30,228 nt of DNA. Source: a virus. Its lineage: Duplodnaviria; Caudoviricetes. Numbering within the stretch: position 1 is the first letter of the stretch; every line of letters begins with the position of its first letter. The DNA is taken from positions 1 to 30,228 of the IMG/VR virus record IMGVR_UViG_3300032255_000017, one strand, 5' to 3'. The position numbers were made by a program, and so were the translations under genes. The notes below the pieces were generated by a model. That model saw only the letters and a list, made by a program, of their open reading frames with translations. It made no database searches and was not told the DNA's origin. Of this stretch, positions 23,858 to 30,228 are shown piece by piece.

Positions 23858-24067
23858 CAACCAATTGTAGACCTACGCACCATTTTCGCCATTTATTAAG
23901 CTAAAACACGAATAACGCTTGCTTTTAAATTTAGTATATACATAATACGCATCCTTACAATTTCTAACAAATAGCTGCCAATTGAACAAAAGCCTTATAA
24001 AACAATATGTTGTAGATTTTCTCCATCATTTTACACATAAAAAAGGCTGTATATATCTTAAAAATAC

Positions 24068-24107
24068 TTGATTTTCCCTACGTAGATACTATATTTTGTA
24101 TATACAA
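24068..24107 (+). promoter_or_regulatory. Toxin-antitoxin promoter with palindromic operator TTGTATATACAA (24096-24107)
   Basis: TTGATT-16 bp-TATATT followed directly by a perfect 12-bp palindrome. Confidence 0.55.
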
Positions 24108-24149
24108 TTCAGAAATTGCGCATTAACAGCCGGATAGCATAAACATTTA

Positions 24150-24446
24150 ATGATTGAAATAAACTTAATAATATCTTCTAGCGTTAGAACGAAATTAAAA
24201 GACAAACATAACGTAACGGAAGATGAAATTAAAGAATGCTTTGTAAATAAGCCAAAAGGTAAAGGGCAGCTCTTAGATAATAGAGCTGACCACAAAACTA
24301 ACCCGAAGACGATGTGGTTTATTTCTGAAACCGACAGGGAGAGAAAGCTAAAAATAGCTTGGATGAAAATGAAAGATGGCGCAGTAATAAAATCAGCGTT
24401 TGAACCAAACGAGACAGAAATAGGAATTTACGAAAGACATGCTTAA
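24150..24446 (+). CDS. BrnT-like (RelE-superfamily) toxin
   Basis: 98 aa; KHNVT..EIKECF, ETDRERKLKI, IKSAF motifs; toxin-first arrangement. Confidence 0.75.
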   Translation: MIEINLIISSSVRTKLKDKHNVTEDEIKECFVNKPKGKGQLLDNRADHKTNPKTMWFISETDRERKLKIAWMKMKDGAVIKSAFEPNETEIGIYERHA

Positions 24447-24472
24447 ACATAAAACAAGAACTGGAGAAAGCT

Positions 24473-24826
24473 ATGAATGACAAAATAGAAAGCACGTCAG
24501 AAGCTTGGGAATCAGGCGAATTAGGGCGAGAAGATGAGTTTGTCGAAAAGGCTGATTTAAGCGAAACTGATTATAATGAAGCTTTAGGCCTTCAAATGAT
24601 TTCTATTCGATTACAAAAAACTTTAATTGAACATTTAAAGTCATTTGCAAAAATACACAAATTAGGATACCAACCATTAATGAAAATAATCTTGCAAAGA
24701 TGGGTTGATGGAGAGCTAAAAACAATAGGGAACCAAATAATAGCAGAACGTTTGCACGAAATGGCTGAATTAGAAAAGCTTGATCAGGAAAGTCAACTAG
24801 AAGGCGAAGAACGTAAAACGGCATAA
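24473..24826 (+). CDS. BrnA/CopG-like ribbon-helix-helix antitoxin
   Basis: 117 aa; acidic N-terminus, MISIRLQKTLIEHLK...GYQPLMKIIL RHH motif; GGAG RBS. Confidence 0.8.
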   Translation: MNDKIESTSEAWESGELGREDEFVEKADLSETDYNEALGLQMISIRLQKTLIEHLKSFAKIHKLGYQPLMKIILQRWVDGELKTIGNQIIAERLHEMAELEKLDQESQLEGEERKTA

Positions 24827-24854
24827 CTAACGAAACACTACATGTTTTCGAATT

Positions 24855-24878
24855 AACCCGCCTCGGCGGGTTTTTATT
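24855..24878 (+). terminator. Intrinsic terminator of the TA operon
   Basis: AACCCGC-CTCG-GCGGGTT followed by TTTATT. Confidence 0.85.
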
Positions 24879-24884
24879 GCCTGT

Positions 24885-24907
24885 AAAAAAGGACGCCGAA
24901 GCGCCCT
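24885..24907 (-). terminator. Minus-strand intrinsic terminator with no ORF directly upstream
   Basis: AGGGCGC-TTCG-GCGTCCT-TTTTT. Confidence 0.75.
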
Positions 24908-24955
24908 ATTCTCTAACATCCTGCTGCCTTTGGCTAGCATCCAGCTAAGAAAACA
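24885..24955 (-). ncRNA. Candidate ~70-nt sRNA with two GGA hairpin loops
   Basis: UAGC-UGGAU-GCUA and AGC-AGGAU-GUU, then the terminator; -10-like TAGAAT/GATAAT at 24957-24967. Confidence 0.35.
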
Positions 24956-25021
24956 CATTCTATTATCTTATTGGTTCTCTGTATCTAAGAAATGTCTCTA
25001 ATCCTTGTAGGAGATTGTCCA

Positions 25022-25049
25022 TTGACCGCCACCCGCTATCTGGTATTAT
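25022..25049 (+). promoter_or_regulatory. sigma70 promoter of the lipoprotein gene
   Basis: TTGACC-16 bp-TATTAT with extended -10 TG. Confidence 0.6.
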
Positions 25050-25093
25050 TTGCTGGTCAAATTTTAAACATGGAACATACGGAGATAGTTAAG

Positions 25094-25681
25094 ATGAATA
25101 AAATAATAATTGCGTTGTTTTTGTCGATTGCTTTTGTCGGCTGCGGTGGAAATATTGATTATGATAAGGCCGCCACCCAAACGGGCGTTGAACAGGAAAC
25201 CTTGAAGAGACTGTGTAAAGGTATTACCTGCAATTACGACGATCTAAAAGATAGAATAGAAGTAACGGCGAATGACGGCAACAGTTTTCTTACGGCTATG
25301 TCAGGAAACGAGAATAGAAAAATAGAGTTTACTTGGGTAAGTGGATGGGAAGAAATCGAGATAACTGTTTTTGACGTGTTTTTATATGGTTCGTGGCACT
25401 TTGATGAGTATGCCGAAATTTTCATAAATAAAGAAATGGTAGTGAAGATTGACGGCCAAGTTGATCGAATTGTTGGTAAGTATAACGACGTCGCCAGCGA
25501 CCATGAACAAATAGAAAAAGTTTCTAGAATGGTTAAAATATCAACAGCTAGAAGAATAGCTGAAGCAGATGCGTCAAAAATCACAATTAGATTTTATGGA
25601 AAAAAAGGGTATACGGATGTCAATCTAAGCGGAAGCAATAATTTAATACAAGCAGTAAAGCTTGCAGAAACAATGAGATAG
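25094..25681 (+). CDS. Lipoprotein (195 aa), moron-like; possible superinfection exclusion
   Basis: GGAG RBS, signal MNKIIIALFLSIAFVG-C lipobox; function is inference. Confidence 0.75.
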   Translation: MNKIIIALFLSIAFVGCGGNIDYDKAATQTGVEQETLKRLCKGITCNYDDLKDRIEVTANDGNSFLTAMSGNENRKIEFTWVSGWEEIEITVFDVFLYGSWHFDEYAEIFINKEMVVKIDGQVDRIVGKYNDVASDHEQIEKVSRMVKISTARRIAEADASKITIRFYGKKGYTDVNLSGSNNLIQAVKLAETMR

Positions 25682-25779
25682 TTCAATTTAACAATAAGCA
25701 ACATTAATTTTATATGCTTTTATCTCATTTGGTGATATTTTTATTTAGTTTTTTGACTATGCTAATCAGGGATCACCAA

Positions 25780-26091
25780 ATGAAATTCAAGAACGTATGG
25801 AAGAATATTTTTTTACGTAATGCCAAGAAAGGTGGAGCGCTAGATTTAAATGTAACACTTAATTCTCATTCTAAACCAATAGATTTAATGGCGTACAAGA
25901 CATTAAAGAATACCTGCTATGATATGATGTTGGAAAGGTGGGCCATCGAGGCCATGGATGATAGTTTCCTTAAAAGCTCGTCATTGAGTGTTTGGTGGAG
26001 GCGCTTTCACATATTCACCTCGAACCATCCCGATTATTTCCCTCCGGCTAGATCCAGAAACGACATAGATAAAAAAACAAAGGTTGGGTAG
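25780..26091 (+). CDS. Hypothetical protein (103 aa)
   Basis: ATG 25780 preceded by AGGGA; stop abuts the convergent gene's stop. Confidence 0.6.
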   Translation: MKFKNVWKNIFLRNAKKGGALDLNVTLNSHSKPIDLMAYKTLKNTCYDMMLERWAIEAMDDSFLKSSSLSVWWRRFHIFTSNHPDYFPPARSRNDIDKKTKVG

Positions 26092-26358
26092 TTAATCAAG
26101 AAGCTCTTCCGCCTCAAACTGTGCGGTTATTAGAGAAAGAACGACATCATCAGGGTTTTGAGTACAATCAATAGACATAAAACGGTTAATGGCCGTATCC
26201 TTATTCCGGTCACTTTTCCTTTTTTCTTCAAAATCGACAGTCTCAACGTTCGCCAAATATATATTTTGGACGCTATTTATTATTTTTCTTGTTCTTATTG
26301 CTACGACGAAAATCAGCGTTAAAGAGCCGATTAAAGTTAATAATCCCAAAAACTCCAT
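26092..26358 (-). CDS. Single-pass membrane protein (88 aa)
   Basis: GAGGA RBS, N-terminal TM helix followed by basic residues; overlaps the upstream gene by 86 bp. Confidence 0.7.
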   Translation of the reverse strand: MEFLGLLTLIGSLTLIFVVAIRTRKIINSVQNIYLANVETVDFEEKRKSDRNKDTAINRFMSIDCTQNPDDVVLSLITAQFEAEELLD

Positions 26359-26812
26359 TAATTCCTCTTTTTAGATCTTTTCTATTAATTGTTTTCTTGT
26401 GAGGGTAAAAGCAAGCTCCTATAATTCCCGCGTTTAATAATATCATTCCTTGACGATAGAATCCCATTTTATAATCTTGAATATACCAAGCATCGATATA
26501 ACGTGCGGTTGCAAGTGCCACCACTCCAAGTAGTGCGTAAATCAAGTACATCTCGCTCTTTATGACTTCTTTTTGATAAGAATAGATAACAAAAGCAGTT
26601 ACCGCATGCAGTGCTCCAACGACGGGATAGAAAATATAGGACTGATACTCATGATAAAAAAGGTAAGGCTGTGAGGCAATACTAACAATAAAAAGTAAAC
26701 AAACGCTGGACGCAGTTACTAAATGAAATCTATCTATAAGCGCGAGGCAAAAGATCAATACGGCAGACAAAAGCCAGCCGTAATCGATCCATTCCATTAC
26801 CTCACTCCACAT
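26273..26812 (-). CDS. Polytopic membrane protein (~5 TM)
   Basis: Five hydrophobic segments; starts 2 nt after the peptide stop (alternative ATG 26797). Confidence 0.75.
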   Translation of the reverse strand: MWSEVMEWIDYGWLLSAVLIFCLALIDRFHLVTASSVCLLFIVSIASQPYLFYHEYQSYIFYPVVGALHAVTAFVIYSYQKEVIKSEMYLIYALLGVVALATARYIDAWYIQDYKMGFYRQGMILLNAGIIGACFYPHKKTINRKDLKRGINGVFGIINFNRLFNADFRRSNKNKKNNK

Positions 26813-26814
26813 TT

Positions 26815-26913
26815 CTAATCTTTTAGTTTGCTGTTGTTTTCAGATGGATCTGGTTCTGGAGTTGGGTCTGGCGGTTCCTGACCCCCACCCATTGAACAAA
26901 TGAAAGGTTTCAT
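26815..26913 (-). CDS. 32-aa peptide MKPFICSMGGGQEPPDPTPEPDPSENNSKLKD (not in ORF track)
   Basis: Strong AAGGAG RBS 7 nt upstream, own promoter, tightly coupled to the membrane protein gene. Confidence 0.75.
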   Translation of the reverse strand: MKPFICSMGGGQEPPDPTPEPDPSENNSKLKD

Positions 26914-26954
26914 ATTTAGTCTCCTTTTTATAATCACGTCACAATTAAAAATCG

Positions 26955-26983
26955 AATATAGCACCAATGTGTTTTTACATCAA
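26955..26983 (-). promoter_or_regulatory. sigma70 promoter of the peptide operon, back-to-back with PL
   Basis: TTGATG-17 bp-TATATT with extended -10 TG. Confidence 0.7.
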
Positions 26984-26986
26984 TAC

Positions 26987-27032
26987 AGTTTAGCGTTTTG
27001 ATATTGACCAAAGTTTAGCGTTTTGCTAAACT
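26987..27032 (+). promoter_or_regulatory. PL promoter with operators oL1 (27012-27032) and oL2 (26987-27007)
   Basis: TTGACC-17 bp-TAAACT; AGTTTAGC-GTTTT-GCTAAACT perfect palindrome; second copy AGTTTAGC-GTTTT-GATATTGA 25 bp upstream. Confidence 0.85.
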
Positions 27033-27143
27033 CTGTATATGGATGACAAACGCACCAATATTATAAGCGATATATTGGCAGGAACAATATAAATGTATCT
27101 ATATAAGTTTTTTCCATTTTAGAAAACTTCCGAGGTAAACAAA

Positions 27144-27377
27144 ATGAACGCCACCCAGATTAAAGAGTTTATTTTTGATAATTGTTTGGCTCACGGTATT
27201 GCGAGCAAATACGCCCAAGAGGGCGCTGACTATGCGGAATTGCTGGTAACTGAACATAACTACACATTGACTAAGGCGACTAAAGAAGGGCTGAAAGTCG
27301 CTCAGGCTCGCCAAGATATGGCTGATAACGTTAATCGCGAGATATTAAAATCTATTTTTACTAGGAAAACGGCATAG
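27144..27377 (+). CDS. Hypothetical protein, first gene of the PL operon
   Basis: 77 aa, GAGGT RBS. Confidence 0.75.
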   Translation: MNATQIKEFIFDNCLAHGIASKYAQEGADYAELLVTEHNYTLTKATKEGLKVAQARQDMADNVNREILKSIFTRKTA

Positions 27378-27378
27378 C

Positions 27379-27681
27379 ATGGAAAAGGTAATCTATTTGG
27401 AGGATGTCGCTGAGCTTTGCGGAATTAAGCCGGCCACTGTTCACAACTACATGCGGGAAGGTATTTTGCCCTACCCTACCAATCATAAGGCTGCTCGCAA
27501 TGTGAAAAAGTATTGGCTTGCGAAAAATGTAAATAAGTACCTTCACCTCGTCGAAGAGTACCAAAAAGAGAATAAAATACGTGGCCCAAGACCTAAAACC
27601 ATTGAACTCACCAGCAAAACAGATCCTTGGGCAGACGCGAACAAGGCGTTTGATTTGTCGGTTAGAGCAAAAGCCCAATGA
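27379..27681 (+). CDS. AlpA/MerR-type HTH DNA-binding protein
   Basis: LEDVAELCGIKPATVHNYMREGILPYP...KYW motif. Confidence 0.8.
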   Translation: MEKVIYLEDVAELCGIKPATVHNYMREGILPYPTNHKAARNVKKYWLAKNVNKYLHLVEEYQKENKIRGPRPKTIELTSKTDPWADANKAFDLSVRAKAQ

Positions 27682-28556
27682 AGTCTGCTCTTTATACCGC
27701 CACCATCCTACTTTGCGCTTTGTCGGCGTTCTGCTCAGTCCTATTGTGGGTTTCTGAACAAAATACGGTAGAAGCCAAGGTTTTGTTTGGTGGCTTCGCG
27801 CTCGGCTTAGAATTGTGTAAGTTTGCGTTCTTTCCAATGGCCGCAAAACTGAAAGGTATCCTATCTGCAGGGTTGTACTCGATCGCGTTTGCGCTCTTAT
27901 TATTATCTATTACAGCAACCGTCTCATTATTAGAAACGGGCGCTATCAATAATTTGAGCCAAGCGCGTATCAGTTCGGAGATTTATCAATCAGAAAGGTC
28001 GAATATTGAAAGTATTAACGTTGAGATCAAAACTCTCCAAGCGTTAATCAAAGAGGACGTCAAGAACGGTTATAGGGCGAGAGCTTTGTCCCAAGGCGAT
28101 AAGTTGGCCAAGCTAAGGTCGACAAGGACGCAGGCCGTAAACATCCTTTCTAGTATTAACGTTATACCAGATAGTGGTATTCATTCCATTTTCCGATCAT
28201 TGGCCAAACTGTTTGATAGTAATGATAAGGCCGTTCGCTTTTGGGTGTATGTCGTTCTAGCAGTTGCGATCGACATTTGCGGTATTGCTTGCCTGATGCT
28301 GATTAATTCCAACGCAATAAACCCATTACGCGTTATTTCGGGTGAAATAATGAAAAGTAATGCTAGTAAATCAAAAGATCCTAACCGAATTAAACAGGAT
28401 ATTGCATCGGGTATTTATGGGGATTATCCGGTGATGACTAAGGTCATGGAAAAGGCGGGTATCCGCCACCCTAAAGCAAAAGAGATATTTCAGCAGTTAT
28501 TAGACGACGGCTCATTAATGCAAATAGGTCGTAAGTATGAGTTAGCTGGAATATGA
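27678..28556 (+). CDS. Membrane protein: 3 TM + coiled coil + TM + C-terminal winged HTH
   Basis: Hydropathy pattern; C-terminus VMEKAGIRHPKAKEIFQQLLDDGSLMQIGRKY. Confidence 0.75.
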   Translation: MKSALYTATILLCALSAFCSVLLWVSEQNTVEAKVLFGGFALGLELCKFAFFPMAAKLKGILSAGLYSIAFALLLLSITATVSLLETGAINNLSQARISSEIYQSERSNIESINVEIKTLQALIKEDVKNGYRARALSQGDKLAKLRSTRTQAVNILSSINVIPDSGIHSIFRSLAKLFDSNDKAVRFWVYVVLAVAIDICGIACLMLINSNAINPLRVISGEIMKSNASKSKDPNRIKQDIASGIYGDYPVMTKVMEKAGIRHPKAKEIFQQLLDDGSLMQIGRKYELAGI

Positions 28557-28659
28557 GAATGCCTAGGTTAATGTTATTGACCTGTGAGCCAGTACTTGCA
28601 CTGGTGGTTGAAAGCAAGATGCCGGTGCGAACCCGGCAACTAATTTTAAATCTTCGTGA

Positions 28660-28884
28660 ATGGTGATCAAGATGAATCGGTCAATTGTCGCAGCCAGTAA
28701 AATGTCACTCGATGAGTTTGTTGCTCGTATTCAAGCGGGTTATTCTCTACCGGGCGATGATTTCATTTGGCGAAGAGATATTGGCTATCGGGCCAGTGAT
28801 AAAGATATGGGTCGAAAGCGATGGTTTGAGATACATTCATTGCTAGGCGACAGTAAACAAATTGATATGTTTGGTGAATGCTAA
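28660..28884 (+). CDS. Hypothetical protein
   Basis: 74 aa ORF overlapping the excisionase start. Confidence 0.6.
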   Translation: MVIKMNRSIVAASKMSLDEFVARIQAGYSLPGDDFIWRRDIGYRASDKDMGRKRWFEIHSLLGDSKQIDMFGEC

Positions 28885-29108
28885 TGTTTTTAAGTCGAGA
28901 TGAAATCAAAGAATTGACGGGCTACACTTACAAGGCACATCAAAAGCAATGGCTCATTGAAAGTGGTTATAAGTTTAGTGTTCGGTGTGATGGATTCCCT
29001 TGTGTCCTTCGCTCACATGTCGAGCGAGTATTAGGCGGGGTTGTTACGCAAACCGTAAAAAATGAAACGCCCGATTTTGAGGCGTTACGGAAGATAGTTA
29101 ATGGCTAA
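28878..29108 (+). CDS. Excisionase-like protein (DUF4224 type)
   Basis: FLSRDEIKELTGY...Q..WL...G......DG.P.V...PDF motif; overlaps int. Confidence 0.85.
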   Translation: MLMFLSRDEIKELTGYTYKAHQKQWLIESGYKFSVRCDGFPCVLRSHVERVLGGVVTQTVKNETPDFEALRKIVNG

Positions 29109-30111
29109 AAAATACCCAGCACGGTGGACGCAAAAGCACGGCGCATTCTATTATGTTGTGCCCCCCGGAGAGCGAGCAAGATTTGAAGGTAAGTCTTGGT
29201 ATCGGCTTGGCTCTAATGAAGCAGAAGCCTATCAAGAATGGGCGAAGTTATTAGGCGACTACGAACGCTCGTATAGAGTTATGGAAAAATTGTTTGACCG
29301 TTATATGGCAGAAGTGGCCCCTGCAAAAGCTGCCGCCACCTATCGCAATAATCAAATACAAATACAAAAGTTACGAGCTTTCTTCGGTAAGATGTCACCA
29401 ATGGGCGTTAAACCAATTCATATTTATCAGTATATGGATATTCGAAGTAAAACACCGGTCGCAGCTAATCGCGAAATAGCCCTTCTCTCGCACGTATTTA
29501 CTAAGGCGATCCGATGGGGTGCAATTGAATACAATCCTTGCGTCGATAAGAAAATAGAGCGTAATACCGAAAAGGCACGCGATCGATATGTCACGGACGA
29601 AGAATTTGCCATTTTTTATAATGATTTTGCCGGAGAATTTCTTCAATCCTATCTGTCTGTTAAATATTTGTTAGGTTTGAGAAAATCAGATGTATTGAGA
29701 ATTAAGGTCTCAGACTTTAATGACGTCGGTATCAAAGTAAAAGCTGGAAAAACCAAAAAGAAATTAACGATTAGCTGGACACTAGAATTACGCGAAGCTG
29801 TTGACAAGGTTATGTCGATAAAGCGAAAGATTGGATCGATTTATCTATTTTCTACGCGAACAGGTAAATGCTACGTTTCTGAAAAAGGTAAAACATCTGG
29901 CTTCGACTCCGTTTGGCAAAGACGAATGAGGCAGTTTGTTGAGGCTGGTAATGTGCGGTTTAATGAGAACGATATACGGGCTAAAACGGCGAGCGATACA
30001 GACGCAAAACATGCTCAAGAATTACTGCAACATTCATCGATAGAATTCACAGAAAGGGTTTATCGACGCAAAGAAAAAGTCGTTTCTCCAATCACTAAAA
30101 AGGCTAAATAG
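29101..30111 (+). CDS. int: Tyrosine integrase
   Basis: 336 aa; ANREIALLSHVF, GLRKSD, KT, NDIRAK, LQH, VYRR; next to the tRNA att site. Confidence 0.95.
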   Translation: MAKKYPARWTQKHGAFYYVVPPGERARFEGKSWYRLGSNEAEAYQEWAKLLGDYERSYRVMEKLFDRYMAEVAPAKAAATYRNNQIQIQKLRAFFGKMSPMGVKPIHIYQYMDIRSKTPVAANREIALLSHVFTKAIRWGAIEYNPCVDKKIERNTEKARDRYVTDEEFAIFYNDFAGEFLQSYLSVKYLLGLRKSDVLRIKVSDFNDVGIKVKAGKTKKKLTISWTLELREAVDKVMSIKRKIGSIYLFSTRTGKCYVSEKGKTSGFDSVWQRRMRQFVEAGNVRFNENDIRAKTASDTDAKHAQELLQHSSIEFTERVYRRKEKVVSPITKKAK

Positions 30112-30122
30112 TGCTCAAAATG

Positions 30123-30149
30123 TTAGACAATTTCATTTTCTTAGACAAT
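30123..30149 (+). repeat. Direct repeat TTAGACAAT x2, putative integrase arm-type sites
   Basis: Copies at 30123 and 30141 between int and the att core. Confidence 0.6.
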
Positions 30150-30176
30150 AAAAAAGCCCCCATTGCTGGAGGCCTT
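30150..30176 (-). terminator. Terminator downstream of the tRNA 3' end
   Basis: Imperfect GC hairpin followed by T6 on the minus strand. Confidence 0.55.
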
Positions 30177-30181
30177 ATATA

Positions 30182-30228
30182 TGGTGGGTCGTGGGCGATT
30201 CGAACGCCCGACCAATTGATTAAAAGTC
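30182..30228 (-). tRNA. tRNA-Lys(UUU) 3' half (anticodon arm to CCA); att core
   Basis: Reverse complement GACTTTTAATCAATTGGTCGGGCGTTCGAATCGCCCACGACCCACCA: TTT anticodon, T-loop, CCA; the 5' half is outside the window. Confidence 0.93.

Larger units (their letters stand above)
1..30228. mobile_element. Lambdoid temperate phage/prophage, left end truncated, right end at tRNA-Lys att site
   Basis: Lambda-like gene order: tail-head-terminase-lysis-Q-nin-O/P-cro/cI-early left-xis-int-tRNA 3' half. Confidence 0.97.

Noticed and set aside
26273-26812. Formal annotation as AgrB
   Set aside because: His/Cys spacing and context do not match well enough; kept only as an analogy.
26973-27049. LexA-box-like sequences near PL (TTTTACATCAATACAG; CTGTATATGGATGACA)
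   Set aside because: Neither fits CTGT-N8-ACAG (two mismatches, or wrong spacing); the half-site at 24047 is likewise incomplete.
27055-27078. CCAATAT/ATATTGG hairpin as a nut boxB site
   Set aside because: AT-rich stem, no GNRA-like loop, no boxA and no N-like gene seen.
27361-27846. 161-aa minus-strand ORF
   Set aside because: Antisense to two well-supported PL-operon genes.

Overview
Near-complete lambdoid (siphovirus-type) temperate phage/prophage, probably from a gammaproteobacterium (inferred from the sigma70 promoters, tRNA-Lys sequence, lipoprotein and lambda-like genes). It is truncated on the left inside a >1038-aa tail-tip/fibre gene that the ORF track misses, and bounded on the right by the 3' half of a tRNA-Lys(UUU), the likely att core. 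Minus strand: cro, cII-like, O/P replication with iterons, ninG, Q, late promoter, lysis (holins, M23 endolysin), an accessory three-gene fibre-like module, a displaced gpZ, terminase, portal, protease-capsid fusion and tail genes with a -1 frameshift chaperone. Plus strand: cI, then a PL operon ending in xis-int. Matching 21-bp operators in PR (23156-23176) and PL (27012-27032) delimit a ~3.9-kb immunity region. It holds a repressor with no S24 autocleavage domain, a BrnT/BrnA-like pair, a candidate GGA-motif sRNA, a lipoprotein, and an unannotated operon encoding a 32-aa peptide plus two membrane proteins. The best candidates for new biology are this peptide operon (possible Gram-negative phage signalling system) and the fibre module (about 12 20-aa repeats, a small subunit and an Ig-like anchor). 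All family assignments come from motif recognition by eye; no database searches were run.
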